64,000 nucleotides of DNA, from assembly GCA_001773575.1 (NCBI GenBank), contig MEXB01000004.1:10217-74216 (forward strand), written 5' to 3'. Shown here piece by piece: positions 17,747 through 26,693 of this stretch (its first letter is position 1; each line of letters opens with the position of its first letter). The translations under genes were made by a program, and so were the position numbers. The stretch comes from Candidatus Adlerbacteria bacterium RIFOXYC1_FULL_48_26 (GTDB lineage Bacteria; Patescibacteriota; Minisyncoccia; Phycocordibacterales; SBAW01). The notes below the pieces were generated by a model. The model was not told where the DNA came from and made no database searches. It worked only from the letters and a program-made list of their open reading frames with translations.

Positions 17747-19579
17747 ATGGCACTTTTTGGACTAATAAAATCAAAAGACGAAGGGCAGGTGCCGGCAATG
17801 GCGCCCATAATGCCTGAACAAATTTACCGCCAGGGTGTTTTGGAGTTGCAGGATGTTATCGCGCCCTCAGCGCTCAAAATCACCTCGCGCGAACTTAACT
17901 TGGGCGACAAAATTGCACGAACATTCTTCGTTATGTCATACCCACGCACATTGGTGGACTCGTGGTTTGCCCCAATCATCAACCTGGACCGCGTTCTGGA
18001 TATCTCTGTGTTTATCCACCCAATAGACTCGGCTGAAATCCTCAAAAAATTCCAGAAAAAGGTAGCTGAGGTGCAAAGCCAGATTATTTCCCGCGAAGAC
18101 AAAGGCCTTGTGCGCGACCCTATTTTGGACACGGCATATAGAGATTTGGAGGATTTGCGTGACCAACTCCAGCAAGCAGAGGAACGTATTTTCGACGTTG
18201 GCGTCTATATAACGGTGTATGGCAAGACAATAGAGGAGCTTGATAAAACAGAAAGCGAAATAAAGTCGATGCTTGAAAGCCGTCTTATTTATGTAAAACC
18301 AGCCCTATTCCAGCAAGTACAAGGCTTTAGAAGCACGCTTCCACTGGCGACAGACGAATTGAATGTAAATTCAAAGCTAAATTCTTCGCCGCTCTCCTCT
18401 ATATTTCCATTCGTATCCTTCGACCTTACATCTGATAAAGGAATTCTGTACGGAGTTAACCGACACAACGCCAGCTTGGTGTTGTTTGACCGTTTTAGTT
18501 TGGAAAACTACAACTCAGTTATCTTCGCAAAATCAGGTTCAGGTAAATCCTACGCCACAAAGTTGGAAATTCTCCGTACGCTTATGTTCGATACAGAGGT
18601 GATCGTTATTGACCCAGAACGTGAATACGAATTTTTGAGCCAGACTGTTGGTGGCCGCTACTTCAATATTTCCCTCACATCAGAACACCACATTAACCCT
18701 TTCGACTTGCCTATACCGCGCGAGGACGAAAACCCTGCAGACATTTTGCGCTCGAACATTGTGTCTCTCGTTGGGTTGTTCCGCATTATGTTGGGAGGCC
18801 TTAGCCCTGAAGAGGACGCGATTATCGACAAGGCTATTACTGAAACCTACGCGCTTAAAGACATCACTGTTGACTCTAACTTCGCTGAAATAGAACCACC
18901 GCTCCTTTCTGACTTTGAGACGGTACTTTCTGGTATGGATGGGAGTGAGTCATTGGTTCAGCGCCTCTCTAAGTACACAAAAGGTACATGGTCTGGGTTT
19001 ATCAACCAGGCAACAAACGTCGACATCAATAAAAAATTCGTCGTGTTCTCAGTCCGCGACATGGAAGATGACCTTAAGCCCGTCGCGATGTATATCATTA
19101 CGCACTATATATGGAACGCGGTTCGTAAAAACCTTAAGAAACGCCTCCTTGTTATCGACGAAGCGTGGTGGATGATGAAATCGGAGGACACAGCATCCTT
19201 CCTCTACAGCATGGCAAAGCGCGGCCGTAAGTATTACTTGGGCCTTGCAACTATTACCCAAGACGTTGATGACTTCTTGAAATCTCCTTATGGGTTACCG
19301 ATGATCACCAACTCGTCTATTCAAATATTGCTTAAACAGTCGCCCACAACTATAGATAACCTGCAAAAAACCTTTAACCTCTCAGATGAGGAGAAGTATT
19401 TGTTGCTTGAATCGGATGTAGGGGAGGGCATCTTCTTTGCCGGCCTTAAGCACGTCGCTATAAAAGTCATCGCCTCATATACTGAAGACCAGATAATCAC
19501 CTCTGACCCATCGCAAGTGCTCGCAATCCGTAAACAACAAGCTGAAGTTGCAGAAGGTCGTGCTCCAGCAGCTCAGTAA
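17747..19579 (+). CDS. VirB4-family conjugative/secretion ATPase (split gene, part 2)
   Basis: Walker A FAKSGSGKSY and Walker B LLVIDEAWWMM, with VirB4-like middle and C-terminal domains. Confidence 0.85.
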   Translation: MALFGLIKSKDEGQVPAMAPIMPEQIYRQGVLELQDVIAPSALKITSRELNLGDKIARTFFVMSYPRTLVDSWFAPIINLDRVLDISVFIHPIDSAEILKKFQKKVAEVQSQIISREDKGLVRDPILDTAYRDLEDLRDQLQQAEERIFDVGVYITVYGKTIEELDKTESEIKSMLESRLIYVKPALFQQVQGFRSTLPLATDELNVNSKLNSSPLSSIFPFVSFDLTSDKGILYGVNRHNASLVLFDRFSLENYNSVIFAKSGSGKSYATKLEILRTLMFDTEVIVIDPEREYEFLSQTVGGRYFNISLTSEHHINPFDLPIPREDENPADILRSNIVSLVGLFRIMLGGLSPEEDAIIDKAITETYALKDITVDSNFAEIEPPLLSDFETVLSGMDGSESLVQRLSKYTKGTWSGFINQATNVDINKKFVVFSVRDMEDDLKPVAMYIITHYIWNAVRKNLKKRLLVIDEAWWMMKSEDTASFLYSMAKRGRKYYLGLATITQDVDDFLKSPYGLPMITNSSIQILLKQSPTTIDNLQKTFNLSDEEKYLLLESDVGEGIFFAGLKHVAIKVIASYTEDQIITSDPSQVLAIRKQQAEVAEGRAPAAQ

Positions 19580-19598
19580 ATCAGGTTACAATAGAAAC

Positions 19599-20282
19599 AT
19601 GCACACGGCGCGCAACTCGTTGCTGATTCTCTTTGCAATCCTCCTAGATATCCTGCAGGCAGGTATTTCTGCGGGATTGTTTATGATGGGAGCATTTCCC
19701 GGCACAGTTGGAGGCGCCGCTGGCGGCTGTTTTATAGGTGCGAAAGTCGCAGGCTCCGTCGGTTGTGCGATCGGTGGTACAGTTGCCGGGTTTGCCGGAA
19801 GTGTTGTAAATGTTGCCTCTGCAGCGACTCTTCCTTTTGCAGTTGGGCTTGGGTTTGCTGTTAATTTTTGTATTAGTGCAACCCTCGGGGTCATACTTGT
19901 CGCATGGCTTTGGTCCCTCGGTATGTATAAATTTGGACCTGGTATAACAGGTTTTATAGTTGAACTTACTCCAGGCCTTGCCGTAGTGCCCGGTTGGACC
20001 ATGATGACAATTCTCTGTGTAGTACGCAAAACTGCTGAAGAGAAAAAACTTGTTGGATCTACAGGAAGTCTATTTACCACATTTGCAACGACTGGAATAG
20101 CGGGGGCTGGTGCCTTTGCCGCGTTTGCAATTAACCAAGGCACTGCGCGCAGAGCTCGTGAGGCAGGGGTGTTTACACAAGAAGAACAAGATCAGAATCT
20201 CGCCGAAAAGAAACAATTTGTTTCAACTGAATTAAAAAACATTGATGGTATCCGAGCAAAAAACCAAGCCTATGCAGCATAA
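19599..20282 (+). CDS. Gly/Ala-rich polytopic membrane protein (glycine-zipper helices)
   Basis: Several GxxxG-rich hydrophobic helices. Start placed at the first ATG after the VirB4 stop. Confidence 0.45.
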   Translation: MHTARNSLLILFAILLDILQAGISAGLFMMGAFPGTVGGAAGGCFIGAKVAGSVGCAIGGTVAGFAGSVVNVASAATLPFAVGLGFAVNFCISATLGVILVAWLWSLGMYKFGPGITGFIVELTPGLAVVPGWTMMTILCVVRKTAEEKKLVGSTGSLFTTFATTGIAGAGAFAAFAINQGTARRAREAGVFTQEEQDQNLAEKKQFVSTELKNIDGIRAKNQAYAA

Positions 20283-21291
20283 ATTTTTTATACTTCTTGC
20301 CGTGTTTTTTATGAGTGTGGGGTTTGCTCACGCCCAGACATCTCTACCTGACCCAGTACAATACGTTGTCATACCGGAAACTCCAGGGCCCAACCAACAA
20401 GTGACTATTGAAGTAAGCGGTGTTGGTACATTTTTAGGTAATGCGGCTATTACCTGGCAGATGGATGGAAAAACTGTGGGTGGGGCAACGGGCCGAACAT
20501 TTACCTTTACTACAGGTGGTATCGGTAGCCCAACCAATATTCGTCTGACTATAAACTCAGCAACTCAGGGTATCATTTCTCACAACTTTGCCTTTAACCC
20601 TTCTGTTATTAACTTAGTATGGGAGGCGGACACCTACACACCGCTTTTATATAAGGGTAAGGCTCTCTACAGCGCTGGCTCTAGCCTCCGTGTTGTAGCG
20701 TTTCCAACAGTACTTATTGGAAAAACGCTTATAGCTAGCAACAAACTTTCATTCCAGTGGTCACGAAATGATACCCCGGACCCCTCCTCGTCGGGCTTAG
20801 GGAAAAATGTATTTTCATTCTATGGCGACCAACTAAACACAGAGGAGAATGTTGTGGTTGATGTATATTCCGGCGGAGTCAAAGTAGGGCAGGGCCGCAT
20901 AACAATACCCGCATCAAAACCCACGGTTATTATGTATTCTGTGGACCCACTTCGTGGAACATTGCTTGGCACAGCCTTTCAAACTGGTTTTGCGCTTCCT
21001 CAAACAGAGACAACACTGAAGGCAGAGCCGTATTTCTTTTCAAATATTAGTTTTACGCGCGGACAAATAAAATATAACTGGTCATTGGGTGGGGAAGAGA
21101 CCACAGGCCCTGATGCTGCAAAAGGGTTACTCACGCTTAGACAAACTGGAACGGGGAGCGGCTCTGCGAATATTTCCGTAGATGTGCAGAACAACGAAAA
21201 CGATAAATTGATCCAGGCAGCAAGCGCCAACCTCAACCTTCTTTTTGGACCACAAACCGGCTCATCCATCCTTAACCTTTTTGGTTTATGA
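20272..21291 (+). CDS. Hypothetical secreted protein
   Basis: Signal peptide MQHKFFILLAVFFMSVGFAHA, then a beta-rich sequence. Confidence 0.5.
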   Translation: MQHKFFILLAVFFMSVGFAHAQTSLPDPVQYVVIPETPGPNQQVTIEVSGVGTFLGNAAITWQMDGKTVGGATGRTFTFTTGGIGSPTNIRLTINSATQGIISHNFAFNPSVINLVWEADTYTPLLYKGKALYSAGSSLRVVAFPTVLIGKTLIASNKLSFQWSRNDTPDPSSSGLGKNVFSFYGDQLNTEENVVVDVYSGGVKVGQGRITIPASKPTVIMYSVDPLRGTLLGTAFQTGFALPQTETTLKAEPYFFSNISFTRGQIKYNWSLGGEETTGPDAAKGLLTLRQTGTGSGSANISVDVQNNENDKLIQAASANLNLLFGPQTGSSILNLFGL

Positions 21292-22061
21292 AAAAATACC
21301 TTCTTAATTTCATAGGCATACTCTTCTTCTTTGGTGTGGTTTTTTCACCAGGAACCTCTCAAGTTACTCATGCACAGATAACCACTTCCGGATGCTATAC
21401 CTGCTCTACATCAGCAAGCAACAGTTGTACTAGGGTTGGTACGCCAGATATAAATGGCGTCTGCGCACAAGGGAATCCTATATACGTAAATGGTGAAACT
21501 GGGCAATATGCTCCTGGCACAGGTGTTCAAAATAATCTTTCATATACACCTCTTGAACCAATACCTGGGCAAGCTGGAGTCGCAACAGATTTTTGTGGCC
21601 TATTAAATACATTATTTAAAGTTTTGATCTATCTAGGAGGAATGGTCGCAGTGCTCTTCTTGGTGCTTGGTGGAATTACCTACATGGTTTCAGAGGTAGT
21701 GGACAAGCGTTCCATGGCACGTGAGCGTATAAAGTCTTCTATAATTGGGTTGATCATACTTCTAAGTACCTATCTGATTCTCTTCACCATAAACCCCACC
21801 TTGGTGAACGCATGTAATGTGCTTAATGGAAACACGGGCGGAGTTGTTCAATCTCAATCGAGCGTTGCTGCAGAAAATGCACAGAAAATTGCTGCGGCTA
21901 AAGCGCAGTGTGAAAGAAATTCGGGCTCAAAATTTTGTATAGTGCCAAATAATGGTACGTGCCAAACAATTACTCCATACCAGGCGGCGATATGCGAAAA
22001 CATAACGCCCGGGCAAATCTGTGTTACACGCACACTCTGGTTCGGAGGGGGATGTCAGTAA
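21288..22061 (+). CDS. Putative T4SS pilin (VirB2/TrbC-like topology) with Cys-rich N-domain
   Basis: Signal peptide, Cys-rich about 60-aa segment, then two hydrophobic helices separated by a short basic loop (LIYLGGMVAVLFLVLGGITYM...KRSMARERIKSS...IIGLIILLSTYLILF), plus a C-terminal Cys-rich tail. Confidence 0.45.
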   Translation: MKKYLLNFIGILFFFGVVFSPGTSQVTHAQITTSGCYTCSTSASNSCTRVGTPDINGVCAQGNPIYVNGETGQYAPGTGVQNNLSYTPLEPIPGQAGVATDFCGLLNTLFKVLIYLGGMVAVLFLVLGGITYMVSEVVDKRSMARERIKSSIIGLIILLSTYLILFTINPTLVNACNVLNGNTGGVVQSQSSVAAENAQKIAAAKAQCERNSGSKFCIVPNNGTCQTITPYQAAICENITPGQICVTRTLWFGGGCQ

Positions 22062-22064
22062 AAA

Positions 22065-23279
22065 ATGAAAAATACTATTTACATAATCTCAGTAATCCTT
22101 GTCTTAGGCCTAGCCCTAGGAGGAGCATTTCTCTTTTTCCGACCCTCTTCAACTCCAGGACAAACCTCTTCCGGCGGACTCTTTGGGTTTGGAAGCACCG
22201 CGACGAATGTGCCAAGCACAGGCGATGACACAAACACTCCCCAAGTAGGAATTTCAACACTACAGAGTATCTTCAAGCTCGCAGACGGGCCTATTGCTGG
22301 AGCAGCTTTTACACAAACATTTAAACCAACAACAACAGTCGCACGCTACACCCGTGCCGATAACGGCCACGTGCTTGATATACCTATAGGCGTATCTGGG
22401 GCTGTGGCACGCGCTGTGTCGAACGTTACTGTTCCAGGCATTACATCCTCAGTCTGGACAACCTTCGGTAGCTCAACGGTTATGCAGTATGTGGACTCAG
22501 GTATTGTTAAAACCATGTATGTGGCCTTTAGTGTCGCTAGCTCAACCGTTGCCAACTCTCCTGTAACTCCATCCCGCATACGTTTCCTCCCTAACGGCAT
22601 TGTTTCGTTTGCCCTAGATCCAAAAGACACTCGCGTTGCGTACCTACTCCTTAACAGCAGTGGGGGCGTGGATGGGTATATTTCGAATCTCGACGGAACG
22701 AGTGTAAAAAATGTATTCTCACTACCGTTATCTCAAGCAATAGTGTCTTGGCCATCAGCAAATACATTACTCGTACAAACAAAGAGCGCGTTTGGTGTCC
22801 CTGGAGTTGCATATTCAGTGAACGCGACCACAGGCGCCTTATCACCCCTTCTATACGCACCAGGCCTCTCTACATCAGCAAATAAAAACTTTACAAAAGT
22901 TGTATATCAAACAAATGCAGATAATAACGCGACAACCTATTCGCATGACATGGCGACAGGGAAGGACGCGCCTCTCGTAAATAACCCTCTACCTGAAAAG
23001 TGTGTATGGAGTATTCTTCCTGCCACCGATGCGTACTGTGCAGTACCACTTGAGGTAGTGCCATCAAACTACATGGATCTTTGGCATCAAGGATTAGTTC
23101 AGACTGCAGATGCCATCGTTAATCTTGATACAAACACAGGTATAGGAAGTGTTGTCACCTTGCCGGGGGACGGGGGAGTGAATAGCAGTATAGAGCAGCT
23201 AGTACTTTCTCCAGACGGAAATTATCTAATGTTTATCACACGCGGAGACCAAGCGCTTTGGGGAGTAAAGCTGCGCTAA
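22065..23279 (+). CDS. Hypothetical membrane-anchored extracellular protein
   Basis: N-terminal TM IYIISVILVLGLALGGAFLFF followed by a Ser/Thr/Val-rich beta-type sequence. Confidence 0.5.
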   Translation: MKNTIYIISVILVLGLALGGAFLFFRPSSTPGQTSSGGLFGFGSTATNVPSTGDDTNTPQVGISTLQSIFKLADGPIAGAAFTQTFKPTTTVARYTRADNGHVLDIPIGVSGAVARAVSNVTVPGITSSVWTTFGSSTVMQYVDSGIVKTMYVAFSVASSTVANSPVTPSRIRFLPNGIVSFALDPKDTRVAYLLLNSSGGVDGYISNLDGTSVKNVFSLPLSQAIVSWPSANTLLVQTKSAFGVPGVAYSVNATTGALSPLLYAPGLSTSANKNFTKVVYQTNADNNATTYSHDMATGKDAPLVNNPLPEKCVWSILPATDAYCAVPLEVVPSNYMDLWHQGLVQTADAIVNLDTNTGIGSVVTLPGDGGVNSSIEQLVLSPDGNYLMFITRGDQALWGVKLR

Positions 23280-23280
23280 A

Positions 23281-23772
23281 TTATTTCTTACGAAAGGCGA
23301 GGACTATGTGACGGAATTTTCCTTCACCCTCTGAACGAGTTTCAATTTCAGCGTCATTTGCAAACAGTTCGTGCACTACGAGGCGTTCGTATGAACTCAT
23401 AGGCTCCATCTCTACTTCGTGCTTAAAAAGACGCACGCGTTGTGCGAGTGTACGTGCATTAGCACGCACCTGCTCCATCTGTTGTTCGTGATAGTTATTG
23501 AGGTCTATAAGAAATTGCCCCGCATCCTCTCCATGTTGTTTTTCAATAATACGGCGTGCAAGAATTTGGAGTGAGCGCAACCCTTCTGCTTGGTTGTTTA
23601 AAAGATGTTCAGCTTCCGTTGAGGTAACTGAAACAACTGTGCGCGCGCCTTGCGACACAGAGATATCGCTGTATGAGAAGCCGAGATGGCCGAGGAAGGT
23701 TCCAATAAAGGATTTGAGTTCTTCGGCTTGCATAGAGCCACAATACTCTAAATGCCCCTCGCTATGCAACAA
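23281..23772 (-). CDS. jag: Jag/KhpB-like RNA-binding protein (KH plus R3H)
   Basis: C-terminal R3H-like segment ERLVVHELFANDAEIETRSEGEGKFRHIVL. Located downstream of yidC as in the canonical rnpA-yidC-jag operon. Confidence 0.7.
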   Translation of the reverse strand: MLHSEGHLEYCGSMQAEELKSFIGTFLGHLGFSYSDISVSQGARTVVSVTSTEAEHLLNNQAEGLRSLQILARRIIEKQHGEDAGQFLIDLNNYHEQQMEQVRANARTLAQRVRLFKHEVEMEPMSSYERLVVHELFANDAEIETRSEGEGKFRHIVLAFRKK

Positions 23773-23792
23773 CTACCAGGCTGCTGGCTATA

Positions 23793-24521
23793 TTATGCTG
23801 CCTTTTCCGCCAGCATTTGGCGCTGGATAAGCCATTCTTGAGCAAGAGAGATGACGCTGCCCGCAATGAAGTAAACACCGACAGCGGCAGGGACTGAGTA
23901 TGAGACAACACCCATAAGGGCAGGAAGGAAGTACAACATTATCTTGCGCTGCATACCCATCATGCGCTCTTTGTCCGTTTGTTTCGCTGAAGATTTCGGA
24001 GTATCCATACGTGCAAACGAGTAAAGAACAACGGCATATTGAAGAACGGCCACAAGAATAGCTATAACGAAGTTGTGGGTTGCTAACAAATCTACAAGTC
24101 CAAAGAAGTTTGTTGAGATAACGGAAGGAACATGCACGAATGAGTAGAGAAGGTCTGTTGCGATAGGGTTAAGGCCTTCGTTAAAGAATGCGTAGTACAG
24201 CGCGATAAACACTGGTATTTGTACGAGAAGTGAGAGGAACGCGCTGATTGGACGTACTTTATGCTTGCGAAACAACGCCATTGTGAGCTCTCCGCGTTTT
24301 TGCGCATCGTCTTTGTGTTTAGTATTGATCTCATCGAGCTCGCCCTGCAGTGCCTGCATACCCATCTGAGTGCGAATATTTGAAGCAAACAAAGGATAAA
24401 ATATGATACGGATGATGAGCGTTACTGCAATAATCGCAAGACCGACATCACCAGCTGGCATTATGCCAATCAAGAAAATAAATGTGTTGTAGAACGGATC
24501 GATAAGAAGTGTGTGGAACAT
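23793..24521 (-). CDS. yidC: Membrane protein insertase YidC/Oxa1 (short form)
   Basis: LIIRIIFYPLF...ELTMALFRKHKVRP motifs and five TM helices. Adjacent to rnpA. Confidence 0.9.
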   Translation of the reverse strand: MFHTLLIDPFYNTFIFLIGIMPAGDVGLAIIAVTLIIRIIFYPLFASNIRTQMGMQALQGELDEINTKHKDDAQKRGELTMALFRKHKVRPISAFLSLLVQIPVFIALYYAFFNEGLNPIATDLLYSFVHVPSVISTNFFGLVDLLATHNFVIAILVAVLQYAVVLYSFARMDTPKSSAKQTDKERMMGMQRKIMLYFLPALMGVVSYSVPAAVGVYFIAGSVISLAQEWLIQRQMLAEKAA

Positions 24522-24524
24522 AGT

Positions 24525-24833
24525 TTAATTTTTTAACAATACCACTAAATCATTTAGGAATGCTGGTGTGAGGGGACCCGCAGGAACTTTCTGAATAAAG
24601 ATTACCGCAGTGCCTGTCCCTTTGTATGCGGTGAGCGCTCGGTACAATGCCCGACGCAATCTATTACGCTCAACTGCTTTTTTAGCAACCTTCTTAGATA
24701 CTACAGCAGAAGCGCGTAAAACATTGCTCCCTGTTACATATTTTGCAGAAAGTAGGGAAGCGCGGCGTGAACGCCCCGCCGCCAGTACATCTTTCACTTC
24801 CCGAGCAGACAAACGTCTACGTTTTGGGAGCAT
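24525..24833 (-). CDS. rnpA: RNase P protein component
   Basis: Basic 102-aa protein MLPKRRRLSAREVKDV.. next to rpmH. Confidence 0.85.
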   Translation of the reverse strand: MLPKRRRLSAREVKDVLAAGRSRRASLLSAKYVTGSNVLRASAVVSKKVAKKAVERNRLRRALYRALTAYKGTGTAVIFIQKVPAGPLTPAFLNDLVVLLKN

Positions 24834-24844
24834 AGGAGTTTAGT

Positions 24845-24979
24845 TTAGACCGAAACCTTTGAGCGGCCCTTGCGGCGGCGGCGCTGCATGGTCTTAACGC
24901 CTCCCGGAGTAGCCGAGCGCTTTAGGAAACCGTGCGAACGTGCGCGTTTGCGCTTTTTTGGTTGATAGGTTTGTGACAT
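24845..24979 (-). CDS. rpmH: 50S ribosomal protein L34
   Basis: 44-aa ORF MSQTYQPKKRKRARSHGFLKRSATPGGVKTMQRRRRKGRSKVSV, not in the ORF track because it is under 60 aa. Canonical position upstream of rnpA. Confidence 0.85.
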   Translation of the reverse strand: MSQTYQPKKRKRARSHGFLKRSATPGGVKTMQRRRRKGRSKVSV

Positions 24980-25137
24980 AGGTAATTAGGACAATACCAC
25001 AACTGATTTGATAAGGAAACCCCGCCAAGGTCGGACCTTGTCAAACTGAGTTTATACACAGTTACTCCACAATGTTCTGCACATGTGGTTTTTTTGACGG
25101 CAAGGGTTTGAGCGCGTATCCTTACACCACTACCGCC

Positions 25138-26484
25138 ATGACAACCACTAAAGAACTTTGGGAAAATGCACTGGTTGAACTAGAACTCACCATTTCAAAA
25201 CCAAATTTCAACACCTGGTTTAAGGATACTCATATAGTTAAGGTCGAAGAGGGAACAGTATACCTAGGAGTTCCAAGCCAATTTGCTCGAGACTGGCTCT
25301 CTACTAAGTTTCATAAGGATATTTTACGCTCATTGCGCAGCCTTTCAGATACGGTTCGTTCTGTTGAATACATTATTTCGCGCGGCCCAAAGAAAAATAC
25401 TACTGAGGAGGCTCGTACGGTTCCACCACCTCCATCAGAGCTGCCTCTTGAGAGTATTCACCAGAAAACTAATCTTAACCCTCGTTTTACCTTCTCTTCC
25501 CTTGTGGTTGGGCCGTTTAATGAGCTTGCACATGCTGCAGCACAGGCTGTTATACGAAAACCGGGTATTGCATACAACCCACTTCTTATATATGGACCTA
25601 CAGGACTTGGAAAAACCCACCTTATACAGTCTATAGGTAACCATTTCCGCGTCACCACCCCAGACCGAAAGGTTCAATATATGACCTCGGAGAAATTCTC
25701 TATGGACTACGTTTCTGCGATTCAAGCAGGAAAAGTCCAATCTTTTAAGGAGAAATACCGCCAATATGACCTACTCATCATGGACGATGTGCAGTTTTTG
25801 GCCAAAATGGAGAAGACCAAAGAGGAGTTCTTCCACCTATTCAACTTCCTCCACGACGGTAATAAGCAGCTTATTTTCACCTCTGACCAGCATCCAAACG
25901 TCATTCAAGGTCTTGAAGACCGTATGCGTTCTCGCCTTAACGCGGGAATGATCGTCTCAGTAACTCCACCAGACCATGAGTCTCGTCTTGCTATAGTTCG
26001 CGCAAAAGCGACTGCCCACAACGTTATAATGCCCGACGAGGTCTTGGAGTACCTTGCCACTACAGTTGAGGGTAATGTGCGCGAGTTGGAAGGAGCGCTT
26101 AACCTACTTTTGATACAGTTTGAACTTCGAAATAACGAAACTCTTACCTTAAATGATGCGAAAACTCTTCTTCGTGGAGCAGCAAGCGCAACAAAGAAGG
26201 CAGTTTCCGTCCAGGAGGTTGTGCGCACTATATCTGGCTTCTATGGAGTTGAGGAGCATAGTATTTACGAAAAAACTCGCAGAAAAGAGGTTGTTCGCCC
26301 ACGCCAGGTCATTATGTTCTTACTCCGCGAGGATTTTAAGATCTCATTCCCAACTATTGGGGAGAAACTAGGGGGTAGAGACCACACTACTGTTATTCAC
26401 TCGTGCGAAAAAATCAAAAACGACCTCCGCAGCGACAGTATTCTGAGCCAAGAGCTCAGTCAGATCCGCCTCATGTTGAAATGA
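25138..26484 (+). CDS. dnaA: Chromosomal replication initiator DnaA
   Basis: Walker A GPTGLGKTHL, AAA+ core, and C-terminal HTH (RPRQVIMFLLRE...GGRDHTTVIH). The ORF is open from 25072; probable start at MTTTKELWENAL at 25138. Confidence 0.95.
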   Translation: MTTTKELWENALVELELTISKPNFNTWFKDTHIVKVEEGTVYLGVPSQFARDWLSTKFHKDILRSLRSLSDTVRSVEYIISRGPKKNTTEEARTVPPPPSELPLESIHQKTNLNPRFTFSSLVVGPFNELAHAAAQAVIRKPGIAYNPLLIYGPTGLGKTHLIQSIGNHFRVTTPDRKVQYMTSEKFSMDYVSAIQAGKVQSFKEKYRQYDLLIMDDVQFLAKMEKTKEEFFHLFNFLHDGNKQLIFTSDQHPNVIQGLEDRMRSRLNAGMIVSVTPPDHESRLAIVRAKATAHNVIMPDEVLEYLATTVEGNVRELEGALNLLLIQFELRNNETLTLNDAKTLLRGAASATKKAVSVQEVVRTISGFYGVEEHSIYEKTRRKEVVRPRQVIMFLLREDFKISFPTIGEKLGGRDHTTVIHSCEKIKNDLRSDSILSQELSQIRLMLK

Positions 26485-26693
26485 TGTGGATATGTGGTTG
26501 TATAGGGGTGGGGAGAACAGCTGAATATCGTATGAAGAAGTCCTCGAAGAAGTAGTTGTCCACAAAAGAAGTCCTTTCATACCAACAGGTAAACAGAAAC
26601 GTATGTTCCTTGCGGAGCTTATGAAATAACGCTAATTTTGAGTTATCCAGATATACACAGCTATAGTAGTAATAAGGTTTTATTAAAGAAAAA
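26485..26693. promoter_or_regulatory. Putative oriC (dnaA-dnaN intergenic): DnaA-box-like 9-mers plus AT-rich DUE
   Basis: tgtggatat (26485-93), ttgtccaca (26556-64) and ttatccaga (26643-51) each differ by 1 mismatch from TTATCCACA or its complement. A 33-nt AT-rich stretch ctatagtagtaataaggttttattaaagaaaaaa sits immediately before dnaN. Confidence 0.6.
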
